64,000 bases of DNA from Cladosporium halotolerans (lineage: Eukaryota), in NCBI RefSeq assembly GCF_011745625.1, contig NW_027191483.1, forward strand, positions 62,001 to 126,000. Reading direction: 5' to 3'. Below, one piece after another: positions 25,301 to 37,233 of this stretch. Position numbers and translations under genes: made by a program. The notes under the pieces were generated by a model. It was given only the letters and a program-made list of their open reading frames with translations, ran no database searches and had not been told where the DNA came from. Positions within the stretch are counted from its first letter, which is position 1, and each line of letters opens with the position of its first letter.

Positions 25301-28300
25301 CCTGAGAACCTTCTTGCCGAGCCGCTTGGCGATCTGGTTACAAGACTTCTCTACCGTCTACGCTTCCTGGGAGAGCAAAGGCCCTTCGACACTGTCACCC
25401 TCTCATACGTCTTTTCTTTCATCTTCCTCGTCTTGGAAAGCGGCGGCATCGATCGCAAGGAAGCGGAGGAGGCCGACGAACAAATCGTTCTCGCTGCCGA
25501 GGTTGTCTCTTTCCACACCGATGCCTGCAGTGATGTCGTTCTTCCGCGTGAGAAGCTGCTGAGCGTGCTTATCGACTCTATGCAAACATACACTCAGCAC
25601 TTCCGAACTTTCAAGGACTGCTTCACCGACCTTTGTCGCTCCGTCGCGCCAAATATGAGCACTTCTGAGACCGACACTGCTGTCAGGGGAACCATTGTTC
25701 CTGACCCATCTGTAAGGAACGCAGCCCTCCAGGCCATTAGTGCGGAGCTGGATCTCGCCGATAGGCAATTCTACGAAGAAATTTGGCTTGCTCGCCATGA
25801 CGATGTGGTCGAGCATCGTGGCATTGCTAGCGAGATTTGGGAGGAGAACGAGCTGAAGGTCCTCCCCGAATCTGCCGCACAAGTTCTGCCGTATCTCGAG
25901 TCCAAGGATAGTCAGCTCAGAAGAGCGGCCGCCCGCGCTGTTGCCGGTGCTGTCAAGGAGCAACCCAGCTGCTTCGAATCAATACTTTCGAGCCTGCAAG
26001 AGACGTACCTGGAGCGCGCAAAGCCCAGGAAGCCAGAGCTTGATCGTTACGGCATGCCCATCAAGAAAGACCTCTCAGACCCCTGGGAGGCCAGACACGG
26101 CATCTCGCTCACCTTGAAGGAGCTCGCGGCTAGCTTCCCTGAGCAGCAACTTGTTCCTTTCGTGCATTTCCTTGTTGAGAGCGGACCTCTTTGCGATGCG
26201 AACTCTACCGTCCGTGACAGCATGGTCGAGGCGGCCGTGAATGTGGTGTCGACACAGGGCAAGGCGTTGGTCGAGCCTCTTATGAAGCTTTGCGAAAGCA
26301 CATTGGAGGGCTCGAGTAGCTCTCAGTCGCAGGACCTTGTCAACGAGGCTGTCGTCATTATGTATGGTGCACTCGCGCAGCATCTGCCCAAAGGTGACGC
26401 CCGTACTCCCAAGGTCGTACAAAGGCTGTTGTCAACTCTCAGCACGCCCTCAGAGTCTGTGCAATATGCCGTGGCTCAGTGCCTGCCGCCTCTTGTTCGC
26501 GCATGCAGTGACCAGGCCACTACATTCTTGCAGCAGATGGTTGAAGAGGTCCTGCACTCCAAGAAGTATGCTGCCCAACGTGGTGCAGCATATGGATTGG
26601 GAGGTATCGTCAAGGGCAAGGGTATCTCCTTGCTCCGCGAAGCGCGCCTGCTTTCCACCATGAGGGGCGCAGCCGAAAACAAGAAAGATGTCATAGAGCG
26701 ACAGGGTGCTTTCCTCACGTACGAGCTCCTCTCCCTTCTTCTGGGACGTGTTTTCGAGCCGTATGTGATTCAAATCGTGCCTCAGCTGCTTTCTGGCTTT
26801 GGTGACGCAAGCGCAGATGTGCGCGCGGCGTGCTTGGACGCAGCAAAGACTTGCTTCTCGTCTCTGAGCTCATACGGTGTCAAGCAGATCCTGCCCACAC
26901 TCCTGGAAGGTCTCGACGAGTCGCAGTGGCGCAGCAAGAAGGGTGCTTGCGACTCGTTGGGCGCTATGGCTTACCTCGACCCCGAACAGCTCGCCGTCAG
27001 CTTGCCTGAGATCATTCCTCCGCTTACGGATGTTCTGAACGACAGCCATAAAGAGGTCCGCGCCTCGGCGAACAGGAGTTTGCAGCGATTCGGCGAGGTC
27101 ATCAGCAACCCCGAGGTAAAGAGCCAGGTCAACATCCTGCTCAAGGCCCTCAGTGATCCCACCAAATACACTGACGATGCACTTGACGCCCTCATCAAGG
27201 TCAACTTCGTCCACTACCTTGACGCACCATCACTTGCTCTGGTTGTTCGCATCCTGGAGCGTGGTCTCGGTGACCGCTCTGGCACTAAGAGGAAGGCTTC
27301 TCAGATCATTGGCAGTCTTGCCCACCTTACTGAGCGCAAGGATCTTGTGGCCCATCTGCCCATCCTTGTTGCCGGTCTGCGCGTAGCCATTGTCGATCCT
27401 GTACCGGCAACTAGAGCTACCGCATCCAAGGCACTGGGTTCAACAGTGGAGAAGCTGGGCGAGGACGCCATGCCCGATCTTATTCCCGGCCTCATGGCAA
27501 CTCTCAAGTCCGACACTGGCGCTGGCGACCGTCTTGGTTCTGCACAGGCATTGTCCGAAGTGCTTGCCGGTCTTGGAACCAGCCGTCTCGAGGAGACTCT
27601 GCCATCTATCTTGCAGAACGTTTCCAGCAACAAGGCTTCCGTGCGCGAGGGCTTCATGTCCCTCTTCATCTTCTTGCCTGCATGCTTTGGTAACAGCTTT
27701 GCCAATTACCTCAACAAGATCATTCCGCCCATCCTCTCCGGTCTTGCGGATGAAGTCGAAGCTATTCGTGAAACCTCTCTGCGCGCTGGTCGCTTGCTCG
27801 TCAAGAACTTCGCCACCCGCTCCATCGACCTCCTTCTCCCCGAGCTTGAGCGTGGTCTTGAAGATGACAGCTACCGTATCCGACTCAGCTCCGTTGAGCT
27901 TGTCGGTGACCTTCTCTTCAACCTCACTGGCATTACTGCTAAGGCCGATCAAGAAGACGAGTTGGAGGAGAACGCCAACGAGGCAGGCGCATCTTTGCTC
28001 GAGGTTCTTGGCGAGGAGAAGCGCAACAAGGTCCTCTCTGCTCTGTACATCTGCCGCAACGACACTTCCGGTCTTGTGCGCACCGCTGCGATCAACGTTT
28101 GGAAGGCTCTTGTCTCCTCCCCTCGCACTCTTCGCGAGCTTATTCCTACACTTACTGGGTTGGTCATTCGCAGACTGGCAAGCACCAACATGGAGCAGAA
28201 GGTCATTGCTGGCAACGCTCTCGGCGAGCTTATTCGCAAGGCTGGCGAAGGTGTTCTGTCTACGCTGTTGCCTACCCTCGAGGATGGTCTACAGACCTCT

Positions 28301-30538
28301 ACCGACACAGACGCCAGGCAAGGTATCTGCATTGCCCTCCGCGAGCTCATCTCCGCGGCCGCGCCGGATGCGCTCGAGGACTACGAAAAGACTCTCATTT
28401 CCGTTGTGCGTACCGCTCTGGTCGACCAAGATGGCGACGTTCGCGAGGCTGCCGCAGAAGCCTTCGACTCTCTTCAGAAGATCCTTGGCAAGCGTGCTGT
28501 GGACCAAGTCCTTCCGCATCTGCTCAGTCTGCTGCGCTCCGAGGAGGAGGCCGACCATGCACTCTCGGCGCTGCTTACGCTACTTACCGAGACGACGAGA
28601 TCCAACATTATCTTGCCCAACCTCCTCCCGACGCTGCTCACACCGCCTATCTCTCCTTTCAATGCACGCGCCCTTGCATCGTTGTCTGAGGTGGCCGGCT
28701 CTGCTATGACCAGGAAGCTGCCAACGATCCTCAACTCCCTCATGGACAGCATTACCAACTGCAAGGATGAAGAGCTCAAGGCCGAGCTGGAAAGCTCTTT
28801 CGACACAATCCTCGCCTCGGTTGATGAGTACGACGGTTTGAACACCATGATGAGCGTAATGCTGGCTCTGGTAAAGAATGACGACCACCGCAAGCGTGCA
28901 AGTGCCGACCTTCACCTGGCCAAGTTCTTTGGTTCCACGGACGTCGACTTCTCCCGCTACTACCCAGATCTCATTCGCGCCTTTCTCATCTCCTTCGATG
29001 ACAGCGACAAAGAAGTCGTCAAGGCCGCATGGAGCGCCCTCAGCGCTCTCACCTCTCAGCTCAGGAAAGAGGAGATGGAGTCTCTGGTCATCTCCACCAG
29101 GAATACTCTCAACCAGGTCGGTGTTGTTGGCCACGGTTTGCCTGGCTTCTCCCTGCCTAAGGGTATCAACGCCATCTTGCCTATCTTCCTGCAGGGTCTC
29201 ATGAACGGCTCCGCCGAGCAGAGGACACAGGCCGCGCTTGCCATGTCCGATCTCATCGACAGGACTGCTCCCGATGCCCTCAAGCCCTTCGTCACTCAGA
29301 TCACCGGTCCTCTCATCCGTGTCGTTTCCGAGCGTTCCACGGATCTCAAGGCTGCTATCTTGCTCACACTCAACAACTTGCTTGAGAAGATTCCAGCCTT
29401 CCTCAAGCCGTTCTTGCCGCAGCTGCAGCGAACTTTCGCCAAATCTCTTGCTGATCCGTCTAGCGAGGTCTTGCGCTCTAGGGCTGCGAAGGCTTTGGGC
29501 ACGCTTATTGTCATGACTCCCCGTATCGACCCTCTCATTGCCGAGCTGGTCACGGGCGCGAAGACACCGGATGCTGGAGTGCGCAACGCCATGTTGAAGG
29601 CTTTGTACGAGGTGGTCAGCAAGGCTGGCTCGAAGATGAGCGATGTTTCCATGAACTCCATCCTGGGCCTGATCGACTCAGACCAGGAGGAACACGATGA
29701 CTTGATGACAATTACTTACGCCAAGTTGCTCGGTGCCTTGATCAAGGTGCTCCCTACCGAGAGCGCAACTGGCCTGATCAAGTATGTACAAAACCGTCAA
29801 CTTTCATTATCATATTGCTAACCAATTCGCAGGAGTCGTGTCGTCACCAACCACTTCACTCATGCTTCCGTGCTCGCCCTGAACTCCGTGCTCGTCGAGT
29901 CGCCGGAATCTCTCACGACTGGTGCATTCGCCGAAGTCACGCCCTCAATCATCGTTCAGGGCATCACCAACTCTCAGCCTTTTATCGCCGACAACTGCGT
30001 CCTCGCAGCTGGCAAGTTCCTCCTCACAGAGTCGAGCGACAAGGGCTACGAGTCCACCAAGCCCATCTTCGACGCTTTTGCGCAGGTCATCCCGCCAGGC
30101 AACGCAGTTGACACCCGCCGTCTGGCCCTCGTCGTGACCCGCACCGTCGCGCGCGAGCACAACGACGCCGTCCGCCCGCACCTGCCCACTATCGTCCCCG
30201 CCATATTCGCCTCCGTCCGCGACATGGTCATCCCGGTTAAGCTCTCCGCCGAGGCGGCTTTCCTCGCCATCTTCAACGTCGTCGACGAGGAAGCCGAGGT
30301 CTTCGACAAATACATGGCAAGCCCCAACGCCGGCGGCGCGCTGGCGCCGGGCCCCAAGAGGAGCATGCAGGAGTACTTCAAGCGCGTCGCTCTCAGGCTC
30401 AGCGGCCAGGCGAGGGAGAGGAAGGAGGCCGAAGGCGGCGCTGGTGGCCTCGGGCTCAGTGGCGACGAGGTCGAGGACGAGAAGGAGGTGTGGAGTATTG
30501 GCCGGATGGAATCTGGCGATGCTTTTGCGAACGAGTAG
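22370..30538 (+). CDS. GCN1: Translational activator GCN1, HEAT-repeat protein (2684 aa; exons 22370-22505, 22569-29781, 29833-30538)
   Basis: KDYDTLKWEEELR, QRGAAYGLGGIVKG, FEPYVIQIVP, QWRSKKG, DRLGSAQALSEV, FVTQITGPLIRVV, PFLPQLQRTF; two introns give an 8055-nt frame. Confidence 0.97.
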
Positions 30539-31164
30539 AGAGGGTATTTGACATGCTATGCTCTGCTCGCTCGTGGTCATGTGGTTTTCTTCTCTTCTGG
30601 TTTGCAAAAGCATCTGGTGTTTGTTTTAGGTAAAATAGCGAAATGCATTCCTGTTCTCTCTTAGCGGTGTTCCCAGTCTCTATTCGCGAAGACATGCAAT
30701 CCGATCTCTTGATGTGGTTCTCGTCTGTGTACATGCTATCAGACGGGCAGTCCTACCTGACTGTGAAATGTCACACGAAATGATCAGTCGCGTTCATTGA
30801 CGATAGTCGATATACGTCAACGGACTTTGTGACATTCATTTGAACAAGGGGTGCCATTACTCTCAGGTTAGTGCATTACCATTGAGGCTCGATGAGGGTG
30901 GACTTCAGATCGGGACCTTGGAGGCTGGATTGCCAGAGTGAGGTGAGTTCTTTCAGCCTAATAGAATTGTCTTCTGCTGATGATGAGGAGGATGGAATCT
31001 TATCTCATGTTTACGCAAATCGCTAACGTGCTTCCAACATGGCAGACACATAACAAAATAAGAAATGAGAAACGTAGTTGGTTCATGTTGCTTTTCGAGT
31101 AAGGACTATAAGTCTAGCCTGCTTGCTGTGTGTGTTTGCGGAAATATTTATATGATCACTAAAA

Positions 31165-32883
31165 TTACATGAGACCCTCCGCATCCTGATCATTGGGCTC
31201 TTTTTGCATTGTTCTACTCGGCAATTGATCCGCCTGACTCGCGATACGCTCACGCTGCTCAGCGAACACCTCGTGACATCTGCCGACGAGCGGCAATAGG
31301 AACGACGCATCGCCACTCAGGACTTGACCGTCCTCCGCCAGTGCATCGTGTCTCTCCATCGCGGACTTGAGGTTGCGGTGTTCGTGCTTGATCGTCTCCA
31401 GGATGTGCTTGATGGCATTGCAGGAGCTGCCCAGATCGTTGTTGGGGTTCGCTTTGTCTTGCAAGCAGAGCAAGTAGGGTTGGTTTTCGCGGTATCTCCC
31501 GATCCGTAGCTGGCCCGCTAGGACGCGCTTTCTGACGAGCACTCCGGGCTTTAGCCCAGTCTGCTGGCTTCTTGGACTTGGCGAAAGGGGCGGCTGGAAA
31601 TGGGATTTCTTGAAGTAATAGCAGTTGCCTTTAGGATCTGCTATACTGATCCCGGACACATTCGAATTAAAATTGGACCAGAAATCGAGGATGCACAGAA
31701 GCTGGCTGGAAGGAGAGTGATGGACTTCGGGCGGGACTCCTCTTCGATTCAAAGCGGCAGCGAGCATCATAAACGTGCCATACGCTGAGATGCCGCCGAT
31801 GTAGGGGTCGACAAAGCCGCGCATGCCAAACATCGTTCTGAAAACCGCATATAGAGCTCGCATATTGGAGATGGCGTCTAAGTATTTTCCCACGATGTGT
31901 TCCTGTGATCCTTGCTTGCCGCTTCCGATGATTTGGAGATCGATGCCGGTCACCCTGTGCTGTACTGTGATGATCGGGACAGGTTCGGGGCGGTATACAA
32001 CACATATGTAATCCTTCGACGACCGCAGTTTGTCGTAAACCGCCTGCATTCGCTCCTGCAATTGCGTCACAGTCGTGTCCTCATCCTTCAAGGATGGATC
32101 GTCTATGCCGATGTCGATGTCCGAATATGGCATGGCTAGACCGGTTTTGGTAGAGCCATAGGCGTATATCGACGCCTTCTTGTTGGGCCAAACATACCGT
32201 ACGGTGGAGGTGATTAATCTCACGAGGCGTTTCCGAATTTGTGACTCGGTCGGCGTAAGTGCCACGTGTTCAGCGAACCGGTTGATCTCCTGATCGAGTA
32301 TTTCTGCAGCTGTAAGGTGTGTCCGCACAGGGCGCCCCTCCGCGATGGACCAAGGAACGGCTGTAGCGGTCTCGTAGGGGCTTTCTCGAGGCCGGACGAC
32401 CAGCCCCTTGTAGTTGAATTCTGGCGTCTCTGCTGATGAATCGTTTTCGGTTTTTGCCGCTTTGCCCCGACCCAGCTTCTTCATTTTCCTTACGTGCTCA
32501 CTCAACGCAAAAATTGGGGGTTTCCAGTCTTCAGAAGACACTGAGTCCCTTTCGCCTTCTGGCAGACTTTGAGGTTCCTCTGCTTCACGATTTTCTCGCC
32601 GTGAAGCAGACGGGTTCATGATGGCATCGTACATGTGCAGCTTCTCATGAGCTCGCTGCACCACTCCATCCGCATGAGCTGCAACATCGTCCTCGAACTC
32701 TGTCCTATAAAGCCTACTGCCAGTCGCGAATCTCCTGGTTGAAGCAGCGACTGCGCGGTTAGAGGCGCGCTTGGCCACACGAGGAGTTGCGTGAAGTCCT
32801 AATCTGAGTGGGCTGGCCAGCACCGCAGCGATTGCCGAGGTCGCATTGTATGCATTGGGCGCTTTGCAATGGCAGCAAAGCAT
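31165..32883 (-). CDS. Trf4/Cid1-family non-canonical poly(A)/terminal nucleotidyltransferase-like protein (about 572 aa; start uncertain)
   Basis: YGSTKTGLAMPYSDIDI (GS...DxD), VPII, GGISAYG, LCLQDKANPNNDLG PAP-associated region; Arg/Ala/Ser-rich N-terminus. Confidence 0.8.
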   Translation of the reverse strand: MLCCHCKAPNAYNATSAIAAVLASPLRLGLHATPRVAKRASNRAVAASTRRFATGSRLYRTEFEDDVAAHADGVVQRAHEKLHMYDAIMNPSASRRENREAEEPQSLPEGERDSVSSEDWKPPIFALSEHVRKMKKLGRGKAAKTENDSSAETPEFNYKGLVVRPRESPYETATAVPWSIAEGRPVRTHLTAAEILDQEINRFAEHVALTPTESQIRKRLVRLITSTVRYVWPNKKASIYAYGSTKTGLAMPYSDIDIGIDDPSLKDEDTTVTQLQERMQAVYDKLRSSKDYICVVYRPEPVPIITVQHRVTGIDLQIIGSGKQGSQEHIVGKYLDAISNMRALYAVFRTMFGMRGFVDPYIGGISAYGTFMMLAAALNRRGVPPEVHHSPSSQLLCILDFWSNFNSNVSGISIADPKGNCYYFKKSHFQPPLSPSPRSQQTGLKPGVLVRKRVLAGQLRIGRYRENQPYLLCLQDKANPNNDLGSSCNAIKHILETIKHEHRNLKSAMERHDALAEDGQVLSGDASFLLPLVGRCHEVFAEQRERIASQADQLPSRTMQKEPNDQDAEGLM

Positions 32884-33164
32884 GCCTATGGAGGTGCCGG
32901 TCGCAGTATTTAGTGGCGACAAGCTTGTATATACCGTAAAGATGGCTTGAGCATAGCATGTGCGTCCCACCGACGTCCAGCCTTGCAGTTGGCTGCCGAC
33001 AGAGTGTCGGGCTGGCCCGAGAAGCACGCGAGCCTCGCTCGGCAGAGCTTCTCCATTCGGCCGCGACGAAAGCAGCCTGCGTTTCGCCTGCGTCTTTCGA
33101 CATGACGACCTCAGCCACCCGTTCCATCGTCAACCACACCCTTCCCTCTCCTATCATAATCATC

Positions 33165-34247
33165 ATGTCTCGCGGCGGCGGCACCACCCTCTACGTGACT
33201 GGCTTCGGTCAGGGCACTCGCGCGCGCGACCTCGCCTACGAATTCGAACGGTACGTCACCACGTAAGCCAGCGACCGGCGGCTCCACGACCCTCCACGCC
33301 ATCGAATGCCTCAAAACGGCCGATCGAGCCCACCTCCTCTCCTTGCACTCTTCGGACGGACGAGTCGGAGAGAATGCCTCCCGCTCGATCAGCCCTCCCG
33401 TCCTTCGAGTGACGTCCACACGCTGCATCACACCGCCCGCGAAGCAAGATCAGAGCATTGACAATTCCTTGAAGGTACGGACGTCTGGTCCGCTGTGATA
33501 TCCCGGCTCCGCGTACTGCCTCGAGCAGACTGTAAGTTTAACGAATAATGAGAGCCATTGGTCTTCCGCTGACCTTTCATACGCAGCTTCGCGTTCGTCG
33601 AGTACGAGAGCCGTCGCGATGCCGACGATGCCTATCATGAGATGCACAACAAGCGCATTGGTCGTGATGACCTGCTGAAGATTGAGGTAACGAAATTCGC
33701 GGTATAACACGCGAACTCAGGACTGACGGACAACAGTGGGCCCGCACACCTCCATCTGCTAGCTGGCGTTTCGATGCTGGCGCCAGCCGCCGCGACGGTC
33801 CCCGCGATGGTGGCCGTCGCTCTCCTCGTGGCCGTGGCCGCTCCATGACTCCGCCACGTCGCTCCACGCGCGACCTGTCTCCTCGCGGTGACAGGGACCG
33901 CTACGATGACCGCCGTGGCGATCGCCGCGACCGCGACCGCTCTCGCAGCCCTGATGACCGTGACCGAGATGCGAAGGATATCCGTGATCGCGAGGATCCT
34001 CGTGATCGTGACGACGACCGCGAGCGCGAAAGAGAGCGTGACACCGAGCGTGATGCCGAACGTGACGCCGAACGCGACGCCGAGCGCGATGAGCGCGAGC
34101 CCGAGCCGAACGGCACCAATGGTGATGAGCAGAAGGGTAAGCTCTCCTCAAAAATATAATATTTGAAGATGTTGGATTTCGCTGACGGAGATCACAGAGC
34201 GCGACGAGCCTGCTCCCCAGCACGATGACCTGGACACTGCCGAGTAG
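33165..34247 (+). CDS. srp1: SR-type RRM pre-mRNA splicing factor, Srp1-like (230 aa; exons 33165-33250, 33475-33531, 33587-33686, 33737-34136, 34198-34247)
   Basis: TLYVTGF (RNP2), RLFAFVEY (RNP1), LKIEWARTPPS, RS/RD/RE-rich tail; four introns give a 693-nt frame. Confidence 0.88.
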
Positions 34248-35972
34248 AACTTTGCAGTGGTCTGATACCGGAGATACTCTTACCGGAGAGAGCGAAGAAG
34301 CGCTGAAGCAGACGAGTAACCAGGTCTGTGAGTAAGTCGTCGTGGAGCAAAACGGCACATTTGGTTTGGCGTTTTTAATGGAACGACGGATGCCTTAACA
34401 AAAAGTTACCAGAAACGATCGTCCTCAATCGACCCATTCGAGATCTACCACGTCCACAAATCGTCCTCCACCCTCGTCCCTCGTCCCCCTCGCACCGGCG
34501 GCATCCACCCTTCCGTCACCTGTACATATCCCCGCCGTTTCTCCTCGATCCAATCCGTCGAAGTCCTCTCACCTACGACGTCAATACCACCTTTTCGTTC
34601 CTCCGCCCGAAACCAGTCAACAGACCACGATCCGCCGCCGTTACCCTCGAAAACTGGCCGAACCCGCTGCTAACTTCTATGTTCGTGGCACTCCAAATTT
34701 CCCTCCGATCTTGAATCATTGGGCACCTGGCACAGGTCCAGGTGGCCCCCGCACATGTTCAACAGACGTGCATTGGCATTTTCTCCCTTGTTAGTCTAGA
34801 TCTTGCCAGCCTTACGGTCATCCTGCCAGCGGATTTGTCGCATGGCATTGAGTCGTCATTGCCAATAGTCGCGTGGTAGCGGCAAGCCCGGCTCCCGGCG
34901 CCAACGCACGGTAGTCAGGGGACTAGCCAGGCACTCGCGTGGTCCTTTTTGTTTTCTCCGACGCGTCCGGTAGGTTTCACGCAGCACATCAAATAGCATG
35001 CATAATTCACGATACCTTTGAAGTACCAAAGGCATCCCTGCCTGGCCATCCCTTGGGCACTTGTTGAACTAGAACGGCGCCTTGTCATGCAATAATAGTT
35101 GGGGTCGGCCTTACCTGGCCCTATGCGACCTTCCAGATGAAGTTTAGAAGGCAGCCGTGCGCACGGAGGGATATTACTCGCGTGTGTGGGGAGCTGGTGC
35201 ACTCGTGCCTTCCCCTCTTTTGTCGACCCTGGTCTTCACGATGAGACATGACGCGAATGAAGATTGTCCAGATCCATGCATCGATGTTGTCATGGCCCAC
35301 GACGATAGCAGACGTGCGTGTCGCGCCCTCGCCGTCAGAACCGCCGACCAGGTGCCCCAGTGCTCCAATGGCTCGAGCAACGCGAGTCAACCACGCAAGC
35401 TCGCCGCGGCCCACAAGGCCTCGATCCAGCCTGCGCTTAATTTACCCGTCACTCCGCTAAACACGCGGCGCTGCTGCGTCGGCGTGCCTGCACCGCACAG
35501 GGATGCGCGCGCCGACCGAACCCGCCAAACCGTCCTCCACATGGCACACGGTGGGTAGAGCCCCAACGCTCGCCTCGCCTCGCGTGCCGCCTTGGGGCTG
35601 GCCGGCCTCTTCTTTCTCCTCACCGCGAGCGCGCCTCCTGCTCCGTCCGTGTTGTGCTGCCCGGCTGCCGCTCACGTACTCTCGCCAGTGTGTTTCGCTT
35701 GCCTGTTTCGCTTGCTTCTCCATTCGCTCTAGTTCTATACGCACGCAGTCGTACATACAGTATCCATTACCGACCCGCCTTCCCTCGTTTTCGAAGCAGC
35801 GAGCATTGAGAGTCCCAGCATTCACACGCAGTACACATAAACCGGCATTGATTGCGAGAACACGAACTGCATACATATATCGAAAGCCTTCCAGACACAG
35901 CAACAGACCAGGAAGCTCCAGCTCCCACGCCCAACCACCCCACCAACCCACAAAAACACACATACACACACA

Positions 35973-36245
35973 ATGGGCCTCATCGACTCCCTCCGCGCCA
36001 AGCTCGAAATCTACCGCCTCGAGCAGCGCTACACGCGGCGCGAGAAGCGCACGACCTTCATCTCCGGCGCCCACTACGTCGACGGCGAGTACGTCTACGG
36101 CAACGAGTCGACCGTCACGTCGCCCACCTCCAGCTCCAGCAGCAAGTTCTCCTCCGGCAGCTTCGCAAAGCGCATGCCCGGCGTCAAGGTCGCCGAGGTC
36201 TTCTCTTCGGGTCGGGGAGGGGACAGGCGGAGCAGAGCGTGGTAG
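35973..36245 (+). CDS. Small hypothetical protein (90 aa)
   Basis: Strong C/G-ending codon bias, CACA-ATG context; MGLIDSLRAKLEIYRLEQRYTRREKRTTF...YVDGEYVY resembles a small Pezizomycotina family from memory (not verified). Confidence 0.6.
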   Translation: MGLIDSLRAKLEIYRLEQRYTRREKRTTFISGAHYVDGEYVYGNESTVTSPTSSSSSKFSSGSFAKRMPGVKVAEVFSSGRGGDRRSRAW

Positions 36246-37233
36246 TGGCCAGGTACTCTCTTCTTGAAGCGACGCAACGCACGCATGGGGGCTGGACACC
36301 GCACCGCACTGAGGGTTCCGTCGCGCTGGAAGTCGCGACGAGAGCGACGCTGCTGGTTCTCCGCGAGCGAGGGGTTATGACGGCACCTCTTCGAAAGCAG
36401 AGCGACACGCTATTAACGACAATGGGCGGAGGGTAGGGGAGGGCCGTTGGACGCGGAAAGCTTCTTCCAAGGACGGCCGGCGGTGCTGGCATGTCTGCTG
36501 AGGAATGCATTTCGACGGCCCGAGCCTGGGAGGGAACAGAGCTCTTCGGAGCCTCTCGCATGATGTTATCTGCCATTTCATTGCTATTTCTTTTCCTTCC
36601 CTTTTAGAGCGACGCGCAAGCGTGTTTTGCTAGGTTTTCCTTTCATGTCTCTCTTTTACACTGTCCATACGTGCACATATGTACAAAATGACGGCGGCAC
36701 CGAAAAAGCCCCATTGAACCATTGCGCAATCTCCGCAGCGAGAGATCCACGTGTTGCGTGCTGGAGGGCCACAGTGTGAAACGGCGATCTACGTCGATCT
36801 GTAAATCACCTCCGGCGGGAGATGGTCACAACAGCACGACAGACTATCACTGTCCTTTTTTGCTAAATACGATCAACAAGAAAGCTGAAGTGGTATCGTC
36901 TGTAGTCATCATTGTAGTCTGTCTACCCGCTCTCAATTCTAATCTCGCAAATTCACAGAGGTTTTAATCAATCAGTAGTAAAAGGATTCTTCAAAAGCGC
37001 ACCAATCAATCAACCTTCAATCGTAGGCTGTCGCGTCCCCTCGAGCACCGATCAGAGTGTACCTTCCCCCTCCCAGCCCAACTATCCCACGAGACGCTCG
37101 CTCCCATTTGCAAATGCAGCTCGACTCAACAATGCACCCGTTGATTAAACGAAAAAAGTCAAATCTATCCCTCCCTTCCTGCGCCGAAGTGTCTCTCAAA
37201 TAAGCGCCCTTGGTCTATCCGATAGTGCACGCA

